Part shown: one piece after another, positions 58,961-64,000 of the stretch
Position numbering within the stretch: position 1 is the stretch's first letter
Layout of the letters: every line of letters begins with the position of its first letter
IMG/VR virus record: IMGVR_UViG_3300035502_000485
Location: 1-64,000 of that record
Strand: one strand, 5' to 3'
Source: a virus
Lineage: Duplodnaviria > Caudoviricetes
Length of the DNA: 64,000 bases
Made by a program: the position numbers and the translations under genes
The notes under the pieces: generated by a model
The model's database searches: none
Told to the model about the DNA's origin: nothing
Seen by the model: the letters and a program-made list of their open reading frames with translations, nothing else

Positions 58961-60688
58961 TTATTTCCATTCATATACAGATTGACCACAATCAAATACA
59001 GGTAACCATCCATTTTCAATCATCAATTGATCATTAGATGTTCCTTTACCGTAGTTGGTATTGAATAATTGATCATATCCTCGCTGTCTAAGTAAATTAG
59101 CTGTTATCTTTTGATTTCCTTTAGACCATATTTCTTGTGGAGGTGATTTTCTAATTAATTTCATGCCTAGTTGAGAGTATACATTTCCAGTGAATTTAGA
59201 CAAATCACAATAAGATATTATATTAGATAATCCATAATATTTAGTAGCATATTTGAATAATTTGCTAGCACCTCCAATTACTCTATATCTAGAATGTGTA
59301 CACAATCTCAATAATTCGACATCATGTATTTTATCATATCTAGATCTTCCAAATGTCATAACTTCTACTAGCTCATCTTGGTATACTAATCCTAAACATA
59401 AAGTTTGACCTTTACAGCTTCTTTGAATATGATATTTGTTTAGAAAGTCATTTGTAGTCTTCCTATTTAATACATATACTTGAGTATTTCTAGCATATAT
59501 TGATTGAATATTAGGATTAATTAGATCTACTATTTTATCAATATCATCCCAATCAAATACATGAATACACCTATAACCATTATCTTCTGCAATTTGTGTT
59601 TTATTCAAATGATAATTATTAGATATACCGTTTCTATTCCAATGATTGCCAATTATGTTATGTGTATATGTTGGATCAATTTCAATCAATATATTTGTAT
59701 TTAATATGCGAAAATCATAAGATTTGGATTCTATTGGAAATTCCATTTGATAAGGTATGTTTAAACTATCTAATCGTTCAGCAAATTTTTTTTTGTTGAT
59801 AATGGGTATCTTACCTGTATGTAATGATGCATTCTCTGATTGAATATAATATGGTACACCATATCTATCAATCATAGTATCTATCATCTTTTGTCTAAAT
59901 TCTGGTACATTTACAGCTCTTTTTACACCGTATTTCTTCATAAAAGTAGATGTAATCTTATCTAGGATAACAGGGCTTTTAGATGGGTTATCCACTCCTA
60001 AATTCTCTATCCAAGTAGATTGACATTTAGATAATACTAAATCTTTCCAGTCTGTTTGAAGTTTAATATTTCGAGTACTAGACACTTTATTTGAAATTCT
60101 CTGACATTTCATAGGGTTATCTACTCCATATTTGGAAATATTAGTAGCTCTCACTTTATTTTTTATTTCTTCAGACTGCATAGGATTATCATTTCCATAT
60201 TTTTTAACTACAGTATCATGAACTTTACATTTTAGTTCTTGGCTCTCTAATGTAGTTTTTGCTCCATACTTATTAATCATAGTATTACGAGATTTAGTTC
60301 TTACAGTTTCATTACTTAAAGCCCAATCACTTCCAAACTTTTGTCTATTTGTATCCTTAGCTTTTTGCTTTAATTCTTCAGACTGCAAAGGAGATTCTAC
60401 ACCATATTTATCTAGCATTGTTGCTTTATGTTTATCTTGTACGGATTTAAGCTTCATAGGATGGGCTACTCCATATTTTTCTATATTATCTTGTTTAGTT
60501 TTGATGCGTCTGCATTCTTTAGAACACGGAACTATTGCACTTGTACTATTCCAGACTATATCTTTGCCACATATCGGACATTGAACAACATGATCTTTAT
60601 GGCATATTTTCTGTGAAGGTGTATCAGGAATAAATAACTCATTACATATTTTACATGGTTTAGACTTAGTAGGTTTTCCTGTAGGCAT
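58961..60688 (-). CDS. Free-standing putative homing endonuclease (zinc ribbon, KYG repeats, Vsr/DUF559-like nuclease)
   Basis: CKIC...CPIC; many T...KYGV.NP repeats; YDF...LIEID...H...K....GYRCIHVFDWD; C-terminal GGASKL, SYCD, FDCG. Confidence 0.75.
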   Translation of the reverse strand: MPTGKPTKSKPCKICNELFIPDTPSQKICHKDHVVQCPICGKDIVWNSTSAIVPCSKECRRIKTKQDNIEKYGVAHPMKLKSVQDKHKATMLDKYGVESPLQSEELKQKAKDTNRQKFGSDWALSNETVRTKSRNTMINKYGAKTTLESQELKCKVHDTVVKKYGNDNPMQSEEIKNKVRATNISKYGVDNPMKCQRISNKVSSTRNIKLQTDWKDLVLSKCQSTWIENLGVDNPSKSPVILDKITSTFMKKYGVKRAVNVPEFRQKMIDTMIDRYGVPYYIQSENASLHTGKIPIINKKKFAERLDSLNIPYQMEFPIESKSYDFRILNTNILIEIDPTYTHNIIGNHWNRNGISNNYHLNKTQIAEDNGYRCIHVFDWDDIDKIVDLINPNIQSIYARNTQVYVLNRKTTNDFLNKYHIQRSCKGQTLCLGLVYQDELVEVMTFGRSRYDKIHDVELLRLCTHSRYRVIGGASKLFKYATKYYGLSNIISYCDLSKFTGNVYSQLGMKLIRKSPPQEIWSKGNQKITANLLRQRGYDQLFNTNYGKGTSNDQLMIENGWLPVFDCGQSVYEWK

Positions 60689-60725
60689 ATTGTATTTCTC
60701 CTTTTCAAAGTTATTTGTCGTTTAT

Positions 60726-60754
60726 ATTATAATATATCAACTAAAATTTGTCAA
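60726..60754 (-). promoter_or_regulatory. Consensus sigmaA promoter for the endonuclease gene
   Basis: Minus strand TTGACA (60754-60749), 17 nt, TATAAT (60731-60726). Confidence 0.9.
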
Positions 60755-60813
60755 GCCCTCAAACCTTATATATTAATGATAATATAAAAACTATAATAAG
60801 GAGAGTAATATTT

Positions 60814-61362
60814 ATGTTTTCACCTTTATACATGGGTACAAATCATATGTTAGGTATAGATAACTTTGTACCTCTTACTACAAACAACTTTGAAGTTAGA
60901 GTTTACAACATGGATGGTTCAGTACCAACTGAATTTTCAGATCTGTTAACAATGTCTACTGATGAAGTAGGAAGTATACAAGAGGAACAAGATACTATTA
61001 TAGTTCACTATGGTAATGGTCTTATTAAATTCCCATCAAAAGTTACATTTTCTGATGTTGATTGGACACTTAATTGTTATTGTGAACCTAATGTACTTGA
61101 GAACTTAAGAGCTTGGCGTAAGCTTGTGTATGATCCAGATACAGAGAAAATGGGATTGCCTTCAGAATATATGAAACAAGTATACTTCATCAAATATGAT
61201 GGTCAGGGTAATGTACGAGATGTAATCCGTTGCCCAGGTACTTGGATTGGTGCATTAGATAATGGTTCAATGAGCCAGACAGGTGGAGAAATTGTAAAGG
61301 TAAAAGTACCATTTGTAATTTCAAGAGCAATTTATATGAAACCTGAAGATTTCCAAGTTTAA
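60814..61362 (+). CDS. Tail tube protein (gp19-like)
   Basis: NNFEV, YGNGLIKFPSK.TF, WRKLVYDPDT..MG...YMK, YDGQG, GTW; late motif 60762. Confidence 0.85.
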   Translation: MFSPLYMGTNHMLGIDNFVPLTTNNFEVRVYNMDGSVPTEFSDLLTMSTDEVGSIQEEQDTIIVHYGNGLIKFPSKVTFSDVDWTLNCYCEPNVLENLRAWRKLVYDPDTEKMGLPSEYMKQVYFIKYDGQGNVRDVIRCPGTWIGALDNGSMSQTGGEIVKVKVPFVISRAIYMKPEDFQV

Positions 61363-61373
61363 TTTGAGGTGTT

Positions 61374-61793
61374 ATGATGAGTAAAGTATATAGGCCTAGT
61401 AAATCTGCAGTCGATAGACGAAATCGAAAAATTCAAGCAAGCAATTCTATATTTGCTATAAATGAATGGTTATCAGGTAAACAAATCAGAATATTGAAAG
61501 ATTTCATGTATGATTATATAGAAGGACAACTTGACGACATTGATTATTGTATAGAGCGTGGCAAAGATTGGAGACGTCCAGATGAATTGATACATGAATT
61601 GCAAACTTCTACTGATTATACAGCAGATGTATTTGGTGATATTTCATCCAGTTCTGCAGAATGCATAATAGAATTCTTAGAAGATGCACCTGTAAGTTTG
61701 ATTAAACCATTATTTATGGAACAATGGGAAAATGTAGTAGAAGACGATTTTGCTAATACAGAATATTATGACGAGCTTATTTCAGCAAAATAA
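61374..61793 (+). CDS. Acidic leader-family protein (MSKVYRPS...RKIQAS)
   Basis: GAGGTG RBS; basic leader then acidic domain. Confidence 0.75.
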   Translation: MMSKVYRPSKSAVDRRNRKIQASNSIFAINEWLSGKQIRILKDFMYDYIEGQLDDIDYCIERGKDWRRPDELIHELQTSTDYTADVFGDISSSSAECIIEFLEDAPVSLIKPLFMEQWENVVEDDFANTEYYDELISAK

Positions 61794-61804
61794 TTAATAT
61801 GCAA

Positions 61805-61856
61805 CACCAATACATTATATTTGATGTTATCCACTATCAAATATAATGTATTGGTG
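61805..61856. repeat. Perfect 21-bp inverted repeat
   Basis: caccaatacattatatttgat / atcaaatataatgtattggtg, 10-nt loop, no U-tract. Confidence 0.8.
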
Positions 61857-61878
61857 ATTATTATGTGGGTGATTATTT

Positions 61879-62370
61879 ATGAAGAGAGTAATTAAGAATA
61901 CTAGATCTATTAACGCAGCTAGTTTATCAGATATTACATCTGTAATTGAAAAAGGGTTAAAAGCATCAGGTTGTACACATATTGAATTAGATAAGCGTAC
62001 TAGTCAGTATGCTCAATATAAATTTACATTACCTAATGACGTACCTACTTCTGCAACATTTTGGTACAATTATTCAATTCATAATACACCTAATCCAGAT
62101 GCGATCAAAACATTAAAATGGAAATCTACATACAATGTAGATAAAGCAACTGGACAAGTATATGAATTAGATAGCAATGGTAATAAATTAATAATAGGTG
62201 AAGCAGTTGTGAGAGCTAATAATCCTGATGGAATCAAGAAAATTAAAGATTTCAAAGATGATCAGATAAGATCTAATTCAGGAGATGTAGTTATACACGA
62301 TTTGAACTCTCAATCTAAGTTTGATGAATTTATACACGCTCTTGAAGATCGAGTAATAGATCATATTTAA
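61879..62370 (+). CDS. Leader-family protein (MKRVIKNTRSINAAS)
   Basis: 163-aa ORF. Confidence 0.75.
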   Translation: MKRVIKNTRSINAASLSDITSVIEKGLKASGCTHIELDKRTSQYAQYKFTLPNDVPTSATFWYNYSIHNTPNPDAIKTLKWKSTYNVDKATGQVYELDSNGNKLIIGEAVVRANNPDGIKKIKDFKDDQIRSNSGDVVIHDLNSQSKFDEFIHALEDRVIDHI

Positions 62371-62492
62371 TCTTAATTTGATATAATTCGTTATAGTTAT
62401 ATATCATAAGAACTCAGATGAGTTAGAAGACAATATCAATTCCATCAAATAAACCTTTTATATAATTGTAATAAATTAAGGATGATATTTAT

Positions 62493-62882
62493 ATGAAACG
62501 AGTAGTTAAAGCAAGTATCAATGATCTAATCATAGATGATAATGCACAAATCGTAAGCGGCCCTAATGACTACAAAGGTAAATTTAGATATTTATTTAAA
62601 ATAACACCTATTGACGAACTTAAACAAGTTAAATACATAGATCAATATTGGGATTCGCACGATTATTTCTTTGTAGACGATGATTTTAATTTTGCTGATA
62701 CAGGAAAGTTATCTTTAAATCACGATAAGGCGGGATATAAAGCATTATTTGAAAGTATAGATAAAAATATACTCAATAGTCTTGATAATGGTGTAGTATA
62801 TGGTGTATGGGTATATAATTATCCTTTTGGAAAAGATAAAGAGATACGCGAATATCCATATAGAGCTCCGTCTTATCTATAA
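62493..62882 (+). CDS. Leader-family protein (MKRVVKASIN)
   Basis: Late motif 62452; AAGGA RBS; bracketed by 14-bp direct repeat. Confidence 0.75.
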   Translation: MKRVVKASINDLIIDDNAQIVSGPNDYKGKFRYLFKITPIDELKQVKYIDQYWDSHDYFFVDDDFNFADTGKLSLNHDKAGYKALFESIDKNILNSLDNGVVYGVWVYNYPFGKDKEIREYPYRAPSYL

Positions 62883-62944
62883 GCAAGTATCAATAATTAA
62901 ATAATTACAAATTCAACTAAAACCGTTGGGAGGATTTAAACATT

Positions 62945-63730
62945 ATGGCGATTTCAGAAAAAGTCGAACTTCTTGGAAAGGGTCTATATAAAGATATTCC
63001 AGATGAACTCACACTTACAAGTATCCCTACTATATCTGAACTTGATTATGTAGGTGGCGAAGATTTTGATAAGGTGATGATAGAAACTATATTACCTCAA
63101 GCTGTTGAAGAAAAAATTAATTTTGGTGATTTACTTGAGATAGATTTCACTTGGGTATGTAGATGTCTTAGACTTCTTAATTATGGACCTTATCATACTA
63201 CTAATAGCATATTCTGTAGCAACTGTCATCAAAGATCTTATGGTGAATACAGAGTTAATTTGAATACTATTGAATGTAAAACTCTTCCTGAAGGATTTGT
63301 TAATGATATCAAAATTAGCAAAGATGAGTTTATTCATTTTGATGGTGATATAACACTTAAACTACCAACTATCCAAGAAATGATTAATGCATATAAAGAT
63401 AAAGCATTTCAAAATGCAGATGGTAGCACTAATAGAGAGCTAGCTCGTATGTGTTATATGATTAAATCTATTAAAAACAAGAAGAGTCTTACACCGGTAG
63501 AAATTAAAATCATTATTCAAAAACAGCTTAGTGCAGCTGATTATCGTATTTTAAGAGAGGTTGTACGTGAAAATACAGATTACGGTTTAAGGGCAGGTGG
63601 ATCATGTCAGTGTCCTAAATGTGGTAATAAGAATGCTACATTTTTAGCATTGACTGACGACAGATTCTTTCGTCCGTCCGTGGGAGATCTCAGGGAATGG
63701 AAACACGATAATAGTTCAAGGGCAGATTAA
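62945..63730 (+). CDS. Tail assembly chaperone / baseplate hub assembly protein (T4 gp26/gp51-like)
   Basis: R...YG..H...CSNC, LKLPT, CPKCG, FFRP; downstream of tube. Confidence 0.75.
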   Translation: MAISEKVELLGKGLYKDIPDELTLTSIPTISELDYVGGEDFDKVMIETILPQAVEEKINFGDLLEIDFTWVCRCLRLLNYGPYHTTNSIFCSNCHQRSYGEYRVNLNTIECKTLPEGFVNDIKISKDEFIHFDGDITLKLPTIQEMINAYKDKAFQNADGSTNRELARMCYMIKSIKNKKSLTPVEIKIIIQKQLSAADYRILREVVRENTDYGLRAGGSCQCPKCGNKNATFLALTDDRFFRPSVGDLREWKHDNSSRAD

Positions 63731-63932
63731 AACTTATCAGGAAATTCGTCAACAAATGTATGAAAACATAATTGACGAAACTTTATTCATCTCTAGAGCA
63801 TCAGAAGGTGCAGTATCTGCTGAATGGTTAATGCAACAACCTATTTTCATAAGAAAGAAATATGTTGAAACATTTACACGAGAGATGAAAGAACGAGAGC
63901 GAGCAATGAACAAACATAAAGCTCACCATTGA
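63654..63932 (+). CDS. Overlapping +1-frame ORF, probable frameshift extension of the chaperone
   Basis: Frame opens at 63654 just before TTC TTT CGT C; encodes ...MYENIIDETLFISRASEGAVSAEWLMQQPIFIRKKY... Confidence 0.6.
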   Translation: MTTDSFVRPWEISGNGNTIIVQGQIKTYQEIRQQMYENIIDETLFISRASEGAVSAEWLMQQPIFIRKKYVETFTREMKERERAMNKHKAHH

Positions 63933-63948
63933 TATATGAAATCATAAA

Positions 63949-63978
63949 TGGGATGGGTACAGAGATGTCCCATCCCAA
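63949..63978 (+). terminator. GC-rich hairpin
   Basis: tgggatggg ... cccatccca. Confidence 0.55.
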
Positions 63979-64000
63979 ATTGTTTATAAGAAAGTCGAGG

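Noticed and set aside
60748-60813. TTG start extension of the tail tube ORF
   Set aside because: Overlaps the promoter motif; AAGGAG RBS supports ATG 60814
1-64000. Stop-codon reassignment
   Set aside because: Conserved genes are full length under the standard code and TAA, TAG and TGA all terminate genes at sensible positions
1-64000. Diversity-generating retroelement, retron or integrase
   Set aside because: No reverse transcriptase or recombinase motifs and no template/variable repeat pair seen in this window

Overview
AT-rich window from a large, apparently lytic myovirus, probably infecting a spore-forming Firmicute/Clostridia host (sigmaA-type promoters, strong GGAGG RBSs, SpoIIID-like gene). 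Contents in order: end of a tail-fibre-like region with a G8 frameshift and a GT2 glycosyltransferase; small accessory genes; a candidate replication origin (three 26-27 bp iterons plus AT-rich tract); a replication/recombination module (helicase, RNase HI, primase, SSB, family A DNA polymerase, beta clamp, DnaX/delta/delta-prime clamp loader, Cas4-like nuclease, RecA, resolvase); a 7-deazaguanine pathway (folE, queD, queF, dpdA/TGT-like, queC, YhhQ transporter, plus an SDR); and morphogenesis genes (terminase, portal, neck, sheath, tube, tail chaperone). Most notable: (1) about ten unrelated, mostly acidic proteins share a basic MKRVIKAS-like leader / [IV]-x-[AS]-[AS] motif, several behind the late promoter motif, two with direct repeats bracketing the cargo domain - a candidate capsid-targeting and cargo-swapping system; (2) polA is broken twice, by a group I intron and by an unexplained ~208-nt frame-shifting insert carrying its own RBS and ATG; (3) three promoter classes match two divergent phage sigma-like genes; (4) several recoding or phase-variation sites and structured RNAs. 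All product calls are from motif recognition by eye; no database search was run.
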